DNA from: Ophelia neglecta
Lineage: Eukaryota
NCBI GenBank assembly: GCA_965285935.1
Contig: OZ260662.1
Span: 18,848,001-18,912,000, forward strand
DNA: 64,000 bases
Direction of reading: 5' to 3'
The notes below the pieces were generated by a model, which was given only the letters and a program-made list of their open reading frames with translations, ran no database searches and was not told the origin of the DNA. Positions 51,862-64,000 of the stretch are shown in pieces. Every line of letters starts with the position of its first letter. Position 1 is the first letter of the stretch. The position numbers and the translations under genes were made by a program.

Positions 51862-52878
51862 GTAAAACTCTTCGTCTCGGATCCATTGGTTTGGCTTCCC
51901 TATGCCTAACTCTGGTAATGCCCAACACCATAGACCGTGGGCAGCCAACCATGTATGCAGTCTGCAGTGGCCAGTTAGCCTTCTCTGTGCCAACGTATTT
52001 CGACTCTGTGTCAATGTATTCGGACACTTTCTCCTGCTCATGTGAACCTTCAACACAAACGTGCTAAATCCTGGCACCCTTCCTTCAACGTTCGGGAATA
52101 TCGCCCATCCAGAATCGTCCGGTTGTTCGTCAGGTCTAAACAAGATAGTACTTTGATGGAACTTTTGAACACCGTCCAAGCCATTCACTTCGACAAGCCT
52201 ACACATATTCTGGTAACGCCTGGCATTTATTCTCAACAGTATTGAGCACTTGGTTCCAATGTGACCATTCTGTGGTCTGCCGATGTGACACTTGTGTAGC
52301 GCCATATCTCCGGGTTATCCGCCATCTTGAAAACATTATTGCCTGCCATAATTATTGAAGAATTTGTAATAAAGTGAGAGTTATTATTTGTTTAACATTG
52401 AAATTAGATTATTGAACATTTATTGCAATTTTCTCAGGTTACCAATGAATTATGATTTCAGGATTGAGAAATGCCATTAATTATCGAATATTACTGAATG
52501 CCTACACACCTTGATACTATAGATATTGATTGAATTGATTGTACTTTATTGTAATTGCATGTTTATGGAATGCGTGTAGGTAATTCTTCACATGTCTTCA
52601 CATGTCATTTCGAATTTACGTGCATTTTCTCACATATAAGCCGAAAGGTAAGTCAGTCTTAGACGTTGGCTGCACCAAATTGCTGTACTCTGTGGGAATG
52701 GCTCGAGGTTTGTTCGTGACAGGCTATTGTTGTATAACTTGTATCACTGTTTGCTCATTACTATTCATGGCATCGTTTGTCCTACATGTAAGTGCTAGTT
52801 TCACAACTACATGTGGCGATTAAACTATGTCTTGTCATCTCTTCATTGTCTAACCCACATAGTTTCATCTACATAATT

Positions 52879-55185
52879 ATGGATGTAAATAAAATAAGCA
52901 AGGAAGAACTCCTTGAGATTCATGGGTTTGGCGAAATACGCCCTACAAAGTTCATAGAGTACAGAGATTCTCTAGGCCGTCCTTTAGATAATACTGATAT
53001 ACCCCTCATTGAAGGCATCCCAGAGGCTGTTGTCAGAACAGCTCTAACCCAGGGTATTCTCTATTTGCCTGGGAGCCGGCCCGCTAGTAAAACCCCATCC
53101 AAGACATCATCTCATCCCATCACCATCTCTCGGAAACATTCGCCTCGCCATACAAAGGGATCAGCTTCTCAGAAGAAGTCTGTCTAATCCCATTCGTCCT
53201 CTGGTGGTGGTAAGAGTATACATTCACTTGCTTCAGCTAAAATAGAAGCCGCACTTGAAGCTGCTTCTGACAAATCGAAGTTGAAATATTTTCAGGCTGA
53301 GTCAGAACAAAGGTTAGCTATTGAAAAACAAAAGTTGGCATTAGAACAACTGGAAGCCGTAAGATTGTTAGATACTGCACAAGCTCAACTAGATGTTGTG
53401 GCCCAGCTAGAGAAGGAGGAGAACGGAGATTTCTTTGAGTCAGATTTGCCGGGTGAGGCAGATGATAATTTCGCACTCACTAGATTTTTGCAACAGCCAG
53501 AGATTTCTGAACCAGCTACTGCGCCCGTCGTTCACGAACCAACGTTAGGTTCAAGGGCAGCTAATATGTCCGACACTCTGCCAACACCTGGAGCAGAGAA
53601 TGTTTCTGGCGCCTTGCAGATCCCTGTCTCTCTCTCTCGGGGTAATAGCCCTGCTCTTTCTACTTCGCCCTATGTGACATCTCCCTCTATGAAGTTGATT
53701 ACTTCGGCAACATCATTAGTTGCTCAGCAGCCTGCAGCGACAACCGTTGTATATCCAGCGGTGACATCAATCCCGGTCTCCTTGATATCGACCGAGTCTA
53801 TGCCTTTGTCGAATAAATTCGCCCAAGTGGACTTGCAAGGTTTTGACCCCCTCTACCCTTTAGTTGAGGGAAACTCGCCTGTTGTTTCTCCTGTGCCTAG
53901 GCAGCCCTCGGTGCTTGCACATCCGTCTTTGCAGCCTCGGTTGAATGCAAACCCATATCTCTCGTCTGTGCAGCCTTCGATGGCCACACATCCGTCTCCT
54001 TCGTCTGTTCAAGGACCAGCTTATGTAATGGCTCCCTCGGGAGAAATTTCTATGCCGAACACTGCAGTGGAAAGCACTCTTTCTGTAACTGCCCCGCCGT
54101 GGCATCCGTCTCCTATCCTTCGACATTCTGTTACTCATGTTGGCCAATCTGAATCAGAACATTTAGGATGCTTCAAGCCAACCAGGGCTCCTGTCATGTC
54201 TGCTAGACACAGGAATCGTATGCTCAAGTTGACCATGACAATTCGCTACTATGTTTGATATCAGAACAGCTTGCACTGGGAAGATTGGCTCCCCCTGAAC
54301 CTGGTATTTTTGGTGGAAATCCACTTCAGTATCCAGCTTGGAGGGCAGCCTTTGCTACTTTGGTGGAACAAAGACATGTTTCGCCAAAGGAACGAGTTCA
54401 CTACCTGAGGCGATATCTGTCCGGTACAGCCAAAGAAACAGTAGATGGTTGTTTTATTCTTCCATCGGATGATGCCTTCGAGGAGGCCATGTCTCTGCTA
54501 GAAAAGAGATTCGGTGATTCATTTGTTTTAGCCAGAGCCTTCCGGGACAAGTTATGTACTTGGCCAAAAATTCAACCTCGAGACGGTTTAGGTCTCAGAA
54601 GATTTGCAGATTTCGTCCGCCAGTGCAATGTGGCAATGAAATCTCTTGGTCCCTTGTCAATTCTTAATGACGAAAGGGAGAACCAAAGGTTGTTACAAAG
54701 GTTGCCAGATTGGTAAATTGTTCGCTGGAACCGTGTTGCATCTGTTAGTAGAAGGGACAAGGGCGTTTTTCCCCCGTTTCACGAGTTCGTTGAATTTCTG
54801 GTAGCCGAGGCAGATATTGCCTGTGATTCGGTAACGTCCCTTCAGGCGCTGAAGGACACTTCTGTACCCACTGGTTCTTCGTCGGCACCCACTCCTGCCA
54901 TCAGGACTGTGGTGAACAGGGGTGGTGCTTCTAAAACAGTTTTTGCCTCCACTGCTCAGAACAAAGCTACTACATCTTCAGCTCCTAGGTGTGCTTTCTG
55001 TAAAAAGGCACCCTCTAGATTCTTGTATAGGTTTGTCATCTAGACCTTTGGAAGACCGAAAACAATACATCAAGGAAAATGGACTTTGTTTTGCTTGTTT
55101 GAACCCAAACCACACCTCTAAGTTTTGTAAAGACAGAGCGACATGTAAGACATGTTCTAAGAGGCATCCAACAATACTACATTGA
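52879..55185 (+). pseudogene. gag: BEL/Pao gag region, disrupted: N-terminal HhH domain, coiled coil, Pro/Ser-rich linker, capsid-like (DUF1759-type) domain, three zinc knuckles
   Basis: ATG 52879; in-frame stops at 53185, 54714 and 55183; frameshifts near 54200-54255 and 55005; motifs PEPGIFGGNPLQYPAWRAAF, CAFCKxHPLDSC, CFACLNPNHTSKFC, CKTCSKRHPTILH. Confidence 0.88.
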
Positions 55186-58100
55186 GATGTTCCGGTAGGA
55201 GGGAATCCAAGCAGGTTTTCAGAGCCAAGGTCCGGTCTTGAAACGCCCAGTACTGTTTCTCCGCCTACGGCTGGTGCTTCACGTATCTATACGCCATCTG
55301 TCTCGCACGATATTACTCTTGATACTTCTGGTGTGGCTTCCAAGAGTACTATGATCTTGCCTGTCTGGTTGTCACACGTCTTTAACCCAGGCAGGGAAGT
55401 CCTGGTCTATGTTCTTCTCGACTCACAGTCTGACTCAACGTTCGTGCTGGACTCAAAGTGCGACGATCTAGGCATTGCTGGTCCGTCGGTTAATCTTTCA
55501 CTCTCTACTATGTCCAGTTCTGGTCACGAGATCACAAGCAGCCGTATCACGGGTCTACTGGTAAGAGGCCACGATAGCGACCATAGAATCAATTTGCCTC
55601 TTGCTTACACCAGAAACATGATGCCTGCTGACAGGTCTCATATTCCGTCTCCAGCTATGGCCAAACAGTGGCCGCATTTAGAATGTATTTCAGACCTTTT
55701 AATGCCAGTTGATGGGGAATGTAAGGTCGCTCTTCTTATCGGATATAACTGTTTGCGAGCCCTTGACCCAAGAGAGGTTATACCCCCAACCAGCAACGAA
55801 CCCTTTGCGCAGCGGACCGATCTAGGGTGGGGGATCGTAGGGATCGTTGAACAACACAATTTTGAGACTGATGAAATAGGCGTTAGTCATCATATATTTT
55901 CTACTGAGCTACCGTCAGTTGCAATTTCTTTAAGAACTGGAGTAAAAGAGGTCACTACAGAGAGGGTTATTAACCTTCTAGAATCTGACTTCAGTGAAAG
56001 GGCAGTAGGACCCTCCTTGTCATTCGATGACAAGAAATTTCTAAACTTGATGCATGAAAACATTTGTAAACTACAGTCTGGTCACTATGAGATGCCACTG
56101 CCGTTCAGAGACGGTGACCCAAGTTTACCATGTAACCGTAATGTCGCTCTCCGTCGCCTGCAAAGGCTGAAGCTTAGTGAGGACTATGTCTGTTTCATCC
56201 AGGATATGATTTCCAGGGGATACCCCGAAAGGGCGCCCAGTGAAACAATTCCTGGACATGTGTGGTATTTGCCCCATCACGCAGTTTGCAATCTAAATAA
56301 ACCAAAACTTAGGGTTGTTTTTGATTGCAGTGCCAAGCACAATGGTGAATCTTTAAACGATCACCTCTTGTCTGGACCGGATTTGACAAATACATTACTT
56401 GGTGTCTTGTGCAGGTTTCGAAGGCAACCGGTAGCATTCATCTGCGACATTGAAAAAATGTTTTATCAATTTTTTGTTACACCCAGACATCGGGACTACT
56501 TACGCTTTCTGTGGCGTGAAGAGGGGAAGGTTGTCGAGTACCGTATGACGGTCCATCTTTTTGGGGCTAGGTCTTCTCCTGCCTGTTCTAACTTTGGCTT
56601 GAAGCAATTGGCAGGGGACGGAGAGTATGAGTTTGGGTTGGAAGCAGCCGAATTCATTCGGAATAATTTCTATGTTGACGATGGGCTGGCATCTCTTTCA
56701 ACGGCTGAGGAAGTCATCAAGTTGTGGAACAGCGCTAAGGGCCTTTGTGCCAGAGGTGGCGTGCGACTGCACAAGGTCGTGTCGAATTCAAAGACTGTTA
56801 TTAATGCTGTTGCTCCAGAGGATAGAGCCAAGGATCTTGCCAATTTTAACATGTTTTCAGATGATCCTTTGCCTATAGAGCGAGCACTTGGTCTGTACTG
56901 GTGCATTGAATCCGATTGCTTCAGATTTAGAATTTCGCTACACGACAAACCTCTTTCACGGAGAGGCATTTTAGCTACAGTCGGGTCCATATATGACCCA
57001 TTAGGGCTACTTGCACCAGTTGTTCTTGTTGGCAAAAGGATACTCCAGCGTCTTTGCCGAGACGGTGTTGGTTGGGATGATCCAATCGCGGACGGGATTC
57101 GAGCCGAATGGACCCAATGGCGGGAAAGCCTGTTTGAATTGAGTGAATCGCATGTTCGGAGGACTTTCAGGCCCCATGAATTTTCTGTTCTGGCAGTCGA
57201 GATACACCATTTCTCCGATGCTAGTTTCACCGGCTATGGCCAGTGCTCGTATCTCCGACTTGTTGGCCCAGATTCTCGAGTTCATTGTACTTTGGTTATG
57301 GGCAAGGCTCGAGTGGCTCCTCTCAGACAAATCACCATTCCTCGCTTGGAACTCATGGCCGCTGTAGTATCTGCAAGGGTCAGTTCAGTCCTTCAACGAG
57401 AGCTGTGCTATGAAAATGTGAGGCACTTTTTCTGGACAGACAGTCAGATTGTTTTGAGCTACATAACGAATGACATTCGTAGGTTTCACGTGTTTGTGTC
57501 AAATAGAATACAGCAGATCAGAGATAATTCCGATCCTTCTCAGTGGAGATTTGTAAGGTCCAAGGACAATCCGGCTGACGAGGCTTCAAGGGGACTGTCT
57601 GTCCCTGATTTCCTACGCCATTCTAATTGGGTCCCTGGGCCCACCTTTCTTTGGAATGCGGGCAATGTGACTGCACAATATAATTCTGAATACCCATTGT
57701 TCCCCGATGATCCCGAGATTAAAACATCAGTTAATGTATCATGCGCAGCAAGTTCCGTACAACCCACAAGAATGGTCCCCTCTTATCTACTGGGTTATTT
57801 CAGTGATTGGATACGTGCAAGGCGAGCCCTTGCGCTCTGCTTGAAGTACAGACAGAAACTCCAAGGTTTACAAGTTGACATATCTGTGACTGTTCAGGAT
57901 CTGGCCACTGCTGAGCGAGAAATCGTCAAGCTTGCTCAGGCAGAGTGTTTTTCTGAAGAGATTTCTGTTCTCCTCGCTATTGAAGGGGATTTGGCCATTC
58001 CTGGTAGAAAACAGACAAAACAGCGGAAGGTTGCCCTGAGAGGTACAAGTGCCTTGTACAGACTAAACCCATTCATAGACGAGTTTGGTGTGCTACAAGT

Positions 58101-59288
58101 CGGTGGTTGGATCAGACAAGCTGATCTTTTGGAGAGGGAAAGGTTCCCTGCTGTGTTACCTCGCAATCATTTTATCTCAAGGTTGATAATTGATTATTGT
58201 CATAAACTTACCCAGCACCAGGGTTGAGGCATGACTGTAAGCGCCATCAGACGGAAGGGCTTCTGGATCGTCGGCTGTAGCTCTGCCGTTGCCTTTCATA
58301 TTCATCGTTGTGTTTTTTGTCGACGATTCAGGGGGCCTCTTCTTACACAGAAAATGGCCGACCTCCCTTTTGATCGTGTTTCCCATGTGCCACCCTTCAC
58401 ACATTGTGGTGTGGACTACTTTGGTCCTTGGCTTGTCAAGGAAGGCCGCAAGACACTGAAAAGATACGGTGTGTTGTTTACATGTTTGTCCTGCCGAGCC
58501 GTGCACATTGAAACTAGTTGTTCTCTTGACACGTCGTCGTTCCTGAATGCCTTGAGGCGTTTCATGTCTATCCGTGGGCCAGTCCGTATACTGAGGTCCG
58601 ATCAAGGCACCAATTTTGTAGGTGCTCAGAATGAATTGAAAGCAGCATTACAGGAGATGGACCAAGACGAAGTCAAGAAATTCTTGCTACGTCGCGATTG
58701 CGATATAGAATTTCTTATGAATCCCCCGAGTGCAAGTCATTTTGGTGGCGTTTGGGAACGGCAAATCCGCTCCATCCGAAACGTTTTGTCTTCTATCTTG
58801 TTTCAGTCTGGTTGTCAGCTGGATGACGAAGCCTAACGCACATTCATGGCAGAGGCTGCAGCCATTGTAAATAGTCGTCCTCTGACAACCGACAATCTAA
58901 ATGATCCGACTTCTCTCTCACCTCTGACCCCAAACATGATTTTGACAATGAAATCTGGTGTCATCGTTTCTCCTCCCGGTGCATTTGAGCAAGCCGACTT
59001 GTACGCCAGAAAACGGTGGCGCCGGGTCCAACGTATTCTGGTCCCGTTGGAAGGCTGAGTATCTTAACACTCTCCAGTCTCGGCAGAAATGGGTACAGGT
59101 TAAACGTAACCTTCGCAATGGTGACGTCGTGCTATTGAAAGAGGAGACTCCTCGTAATCAGTGGCAACTGGCCAGAGTTGTACAGACATATCCTGGTGAC
59201 GACGGTCACGTGCGTAAGGTTAAAATCGTACTTGGAGATTCATCTCTTGACCAGTCAGCAAACTAGTATTACTTGTTGAGTGCGACTA
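55186..59288 (+). pseudogene. pol: BEL/Pao pol region, disrupted: aspartic protease, reverse transcriptase, RNase H, integrase, C-terminal DUF5641-like domain
   Basis: 964-codon open stretch 55333-58227; in-frame stops at 58225 (HQG*GMT) and 58834 (DDEA*RTF); frameshift/deletion near 59030 (RWRRVQ//FWSRW) and near 59255 before KLVLL. Confidence 0.95.
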
Positions 59289-59456
59289 AGTTAAGTCGTC
59301 TCATCCGTTATTCAATCTAATTTATGTCTACTAACATGTATGATCATCCTTAATGTCTGTCACGAACACGTTCTGTTTCAGGTTGCTAGCTTATGAACAT
59401 GGTATACGTGCGGGTCTCATTACTCGATTTATTGTATTTATGTTGCTACAAGTAGC

Positions 59457-59465
59457 AAAGGGAGG
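59457..59465 (+). promoter_or_regulatory. polypurine tract (plus-strand primer)
   Basis: AAAGGGAGG 2 nt upstream of the 3' LTR. Confidence 0.75.
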
Positions 59466-59467
59466 TA

Positions 59468-59829
59468 CGTAACTGCAGTAATATCACCGCTAGTTTGTAT
59501 ATGGTGCAACACTTATGCCACCTGGTGAGTGTGGTGGCCGTCTTCCGCCAGTCACAGGTCACGTGGTCACATCTGCCATTTTTGGAAGTCTCACTCCGTC
59601 ACCGTGACATGCGGATAGCTGCGCTGACCAGTCCACAGGCCAAAGAGGTAACTGTTCTTATTGTTCATTTGTACTCGTTATTTGTGTCTTATGTTAATCT
59701 ATGTTAATACGTGACAGACGTGTAAATTCTATGGATTCTTTCAGTTTTACGGAGCTTCGAACACCAATAAAACTCCTGTTAAAACCTCACGCCTGTTCAT
59801 GCGTCTTCTGTAAGCTCGGCGCAGCTATA
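59468..59829 (+). repeat. 3' LTR (362 bp)
   Basis: CGTAACTGC...GCAGCTATA, preceded by a purine tract. Confidence 0.96.
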
Positions 59830-59984
59830 GTATATGATAAAATTATTATAGCCTTGGTAAAAAAGATAGGGAGAGTAAACTAAATATTGTATAATCCTTG
59901 GATTTTGGGGCTACTGGGAATGGACAAACGAGTTCAGGGCCGCTTTTTTTTGTACCAGTCAACCCTAGAGTCTTGTACAAGCCC

Positions 59985-61021
59985 TGTTTAGTCCATTCAT
60001 GACTGTCAGAGCTCCGTTTAGTCCGTGTTTGACTGCCAGAGCTCAGATTAGTTCGTGTTTGACTGTCAGAGCTCCGTTTAGTCCGTGTTTGACTGTCAGA
60101 GCTCCGTTTAGTCCGTGTTTGACGGTCAGAGCTCCGTTTAGTCCGTGTTTGACTGTCAGAGCTCCGTTTAGTCCGTGTTTGACTGTCAGAACTTCGTTTA
60201 GTCCGTGCTTGACGGTCAAAGCTACGTTTATTCGTGTTTGACTGTCAGAGCTCCATTTAGTCCGTGTCTGATTGTCAGAGCTGTCAGAGCTCCGTTTAGT
60301 CTGTTTTTGACTGTCAGAGCTCCATTTAGTCCGTGTTTGACTGTCAGAACTCCGTTTAGTCCGTGTCTGATTGTCAGAGATCCGTTTAGTCCGTGTTTGA
60401 CTGTCAGAGCTACGTTTAGTCCGTGTTTGACTGTCAGAGCTCCGTTTAGCCCGTGTTTGACTGTCAGGGCTCCGTTTAGTCCGTGTTTGACTGTCAGGGC
60501 TCCGTTTAGTCCGTGTTTGACTGTCAGAGCTACGTCCGTGTTTGACTGTCAGAGCTCCGTTTAGTCCGTGTTTGACTGTCAGGGCTCCGTTTAGTCCGTG
60601 TTTGACTGTCAGAGCTCAGTTTAGTCCGTGTTTGACTGTCAGGGCTACGTTTAGTCCGTGTTTGACTGTCAGGGCTACGTTAAGTCCGTGTTTAATTGTC
60701 AGAGATCCGTTTATTCCGTGGTTTCCTGTCAGAGCTCCGTTTAGTCCGTGTTTGACTGTCAGGGATCCGTTTAGTCCGTGTTTGACTGTCAGAGCTCCGT
60801 TTAGTCCGTGTTTGACTGTCAGAGATCCGTTAAGTCCGTGTTTAATTGTCAGAGATCCGTTAAGTCCGTGTTTGACTGTCAGAGTTCCGTTTAGTCCGTG
60901 TTTGACGGTCAGAGCTCCGTTTAGTCCGTGTTTGACTGTCAGAGCTCCGTTAAGTCCGTGTTAAATTGTCAGAGATCCGTTTAGTCCGTGTTAAATTGTC
61001 AGAGATCCGTTAAGTCCGTGT
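59985..61021. repeat. 30-bp tandem array (~34 units)
   Basis: Unit TTTGACTGTCAGAGCTCCGTTTAGTCCGTG with few variants and small indels. Confidence 0.97.
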
Positions 61022-64000
61022 ATCAATTTTTAACGATAAACAAGCTAAGCGCTAATGAGGGACATTATTAAGGTGTATTGTTCTGCGTGTTTGACGGTTG
61101 TGTCTGCTCATTTTGCGCAAAATTTTCCGAACTTCCGACGAAACAGAACATTCAATGACTTCTTCCAAAGCTATTGGTGAATGGCAAGTAAAAAAAACAG
61201 TACATCGACAGAAGCGGTGTGTATTGCTCTTTTCAACGAAACACAACGTTTTAGGTCTTAAACCATCATATGTTCTTATCATGAGGGTGAGTTAAAACCG
61301 ATTGTTTGAGGGCGACCGGTGTTAAATACGGTCACTTATTTCTAGCTGAGTTACCTTAATTGCTTCTTCTAGTGATGTATTCATTTGATATCTCGCCAGA
61401 AGTTAACCGTTTGAAATGCCATTTTAAAGTTGAATTGATAGTTAATGTCATGTATATCCTATCTTGCCGGAGAACATATTCTTATATCGTCATAAGGTTT
61501 CATAATAGAAAGCAATTTGTCTTTGAATTTGTTTTCCCCTGGGCATAGCAATAATTCTCAGATTTAGCAGGAAAGGAAATTTCGAGGTTATGAAAGTCTC
61601 AAAATCTCGTTATGAAGACAGATCAGGTGTCGAAAAGTAAAGATTTATTGCTCGTTGTGTGACACTTTTACCATTTGTGCCACGAGAATGAATAGGACGA
61701 ATGGCATATTTGTGTAGTTATTTTGATATAGTGATGACGTGCACTTCCCTTGTTTGCAACTCGGGAAGGATGCGCAAATAAACATTGAGTCCCTTGAGTC
61801 TGGTGAATAATTGGTAACAAAGTAGCTGCACCTTCCACAAACGGCGCGGACACATCTGGGCTTGCCGTCTAAGAGCTTCTTTATTCAAGGAACACGGTGT
61901 TGCACACATGATACGCATTAATACTTTAGAATAAGGGGAATCCATTTCCGAAAGGAATTTTCAACTGCGTTTCTACAGATCAAAAGCAATGTCTTCAATA
62001 GCTATAATAACCCGTATGCTTTCTCTCTTTATCGGTCTCTTATATATCAAACAACAATTTGTTTGTCAATGTATTCAGAGGCGTTTCTTGAAATGCAAAC
62101 TTGTGCATCAAATATGACATTGTATTGATAATTTTCTATCATTGGTGTTGATTGTCTCAACTAGACAGTAATTTGTTTTCTGTTTTACATCCTATGCCAA
62201 TTACATTATCTCACCCTGTAACCTAATTTTAAAGGTGCCACACGTGCGGTCTCAGTTCCTGTGGTAATACCCCCCCCCCATCCCCTCGAGCTTAGAGACC
62301 ACATGTAAATGTATGTCCATTCTATGATAGATGGCACCAGCTCTGGGATATATAGACTCGGGGACGGTTTCCTTTTCCGGCTCGCAGGCAGGCCTATAGG
62401 CGACTGTGGCCTTCTTGCTGATTTATTGTCTCTTGCCGGGTTTCATCCATCCACGTCTCCAGCCATGATGGCCTTTGTTAAAAGTCCGACATTTTTACCG
62501 AAAGCTGATCCTCTAAAGATTTCAGTTAGTTAACACTGACGTGAACTAAAAAATAAATGCCTAAAGTTCCTATCTTGCTTCAAGAAAATAACATTGAATG
62601 ATATATATTTTTGGTTGGAGTAAATCAGTTTGCCGAATTAACAAGTTCTTGCGCATTAATTGCAGTAAAGATAGGATAGTGTATAGATACACTATACACC
62701 CAATTTAGCATAAGATAGACACATATATTAGGGCCTAAACTGATGAGCTGACTAAAAGTGCATATTAGTAGGATAATAGGCCGTCTATTCCAAAAGGGTA
62801 CTATGGCTGATTAGTTAAGCATATTTTTTAATATTCAAATACAAGCAAAGGACTTCCGGCTCAAATCGTTTCCATTATTAGTATAAAATTGATTACTTAT
62901 ACAAATACTTAGCGCCGCAATCAAGATGAAACATCATGAAGGTAATAAGTGTTCAAAGAAACTTTCAAAGATGCTTGCAACCTTAAGAAAGGAAGCGGTA
63001 ACCCATTAGGATATCACGTGAAGAAATAAGTGAAGGCAAAAGTAATCATTGCTCCGGTAGGACTTGTCATATAGAATTTTGCGCTGTTGGATAATTTTTT
63101 TTTAACCTTGTTGATTTAATGACCGCAAATATTGTTTTTGTTTCCGGTATAAACATTTTCTTTGTTACTCATTTCGAATCGTATGTTGTTACTAGTGCCA
63201 CGAAGACATCTATACAATTTATTCAGGTAAAAACAAAGAAAAACGTATTTTCTTTATTCTGTTTAACGCAGATATTTTGTATGACGCATTATAAAGAAGG
63301 CAACATTACGCCAAAGGCAACATTTTCAATGGAGGCTGAGTTTACAATTGAAACTAAAATATATATTTTTTTGGTCGAAATGTTTTCGCCTAGCTGCCAA
63401 GTTACTATACAACTCTGCCAAACAATTCTGTTTTTCAGTCTCCAATCATTGCCTTTTGTCTTTACTTGTTACATTTGTCTAACAATGCAAGTAGGAACTT
63501 GGAAAGTCCATGTATATTTACGTACATTCTCTTTACTAATTACCTGCGGATGTAACTGCCACTGGTTAAGGTTACTATTTTGGTTTTGTCGACCCAGGAA
63601 GTAAGAAACACTAAGTACGTAAGCTTTGGTGCGTGGGTTCGAGTGACAAGCAATTAAGAGAAACTTAGTCAGCCGACTGCCTGCTTACTCTCGTTTTGCG
63701 CTGTTGGATATTTGGTTTTTAATGTATACTGCATACAAACAACTTGATGAATGCATTTTGGCAACAGCAGAGTGTAGAGTGATATCCATCACGACCCTAC
63801 CTTCGCCTACCTCCCCCAGCCCCCTCCGCCAATCCTTAACCCAAATCCACATCCCTCAGAGAATTAAACCGTCAATTCTGAATAAGGGAAACTATATTAT
63901 TTTATTTTGGGCTGTTTCTGATTCACACGTTCGTCAAAAGATATAAACAAAAAATTCTTCTATTCTTTTGGTGCTAATAATAACCATAGTGATGACGTAA

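Larger units (their letters stand above)
51500..59829 (+). mobile_element. full-length, decayed BEL/Pao LTR retrotransposon
   Basis: Two 362-bp direct repeats; 5-bp TSD GTATA (51495-51499, 59830-59834); gag-PR-RT-RNaseH-IN order with BEL/Pao signatures (three zinc knuckles, LDSQSDSTF, FYVDD, FSDAS, TIPRLEL, DNPAD, VDYFGP, SDQGTNF, GGVWER). Confidence 0.97.

Noticed and set aside
58225-58227. Programmed readthrough or selenocysteine at in-frame TGA codons of gag-pol
   Set aside because: Several other stops and frameshifts are present; TGA at 58225 and 55183 fit CGA-to-TGA decay, consistent with about 2% LTR divergence.
55638-59118. Antisense and alternate-frame ORFs overlapping pol
   Set aside because: Shadow ORFs of the pol reading frame.
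59985-61021. CRISPR array or repetitive protein (LTVRAPFSPC)n ORFs
   Set aside because: Contiguous 30-bp units with no spacers, eukaryotic context and no cas genes; ORFs arise from a stop-free unit of length divisible by 3 and are broken by indels.
61052-64000. Short ORFs at the window end
   Set aside because: No recognisable domains or consistent exon chain.

Overview
AT-rich, intron-rich eukaryotic (invertebrate animal-like) genomic DNA; most entries in the ORF track are spurious or exon fragments. (1) 550-34663 (+): a 25-coding-exon GARNL3 gene (Rap-GAP plus CNH domain, about 993 aa). All splice phases join in frame, and one intron is U12-type (23618-24620). (2) 44922-41339 (-): a convergent 6-coding-exon gene (about 383 aa) with two tandem death domains, a PPPKRRKRK NLS and a C-terminal TRADD-N/DEDD-like domain. 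(3) 51500-59829 (+): a full-length but decayed BEL/Pao LTR retrotransposon with 362-bp LTRs (8 mismatches) and a GTATA TSD. Its Gag starts with a ComEA-like helix-hairpin-helix domain and it has no tRNA primer-binding site. The 11 nt directly after the 5' LTR are instead exactly complementary to the junction created by splicing a predicted 97-nt intron inside the LTR, suggesting a splicing-assembled self-primer (top finding; inference). Also present: a decayed LINE fragment, several MITEs, a 41-bp intronic minisatellite with CTCF-like motifs and a 30-bp tandem array.
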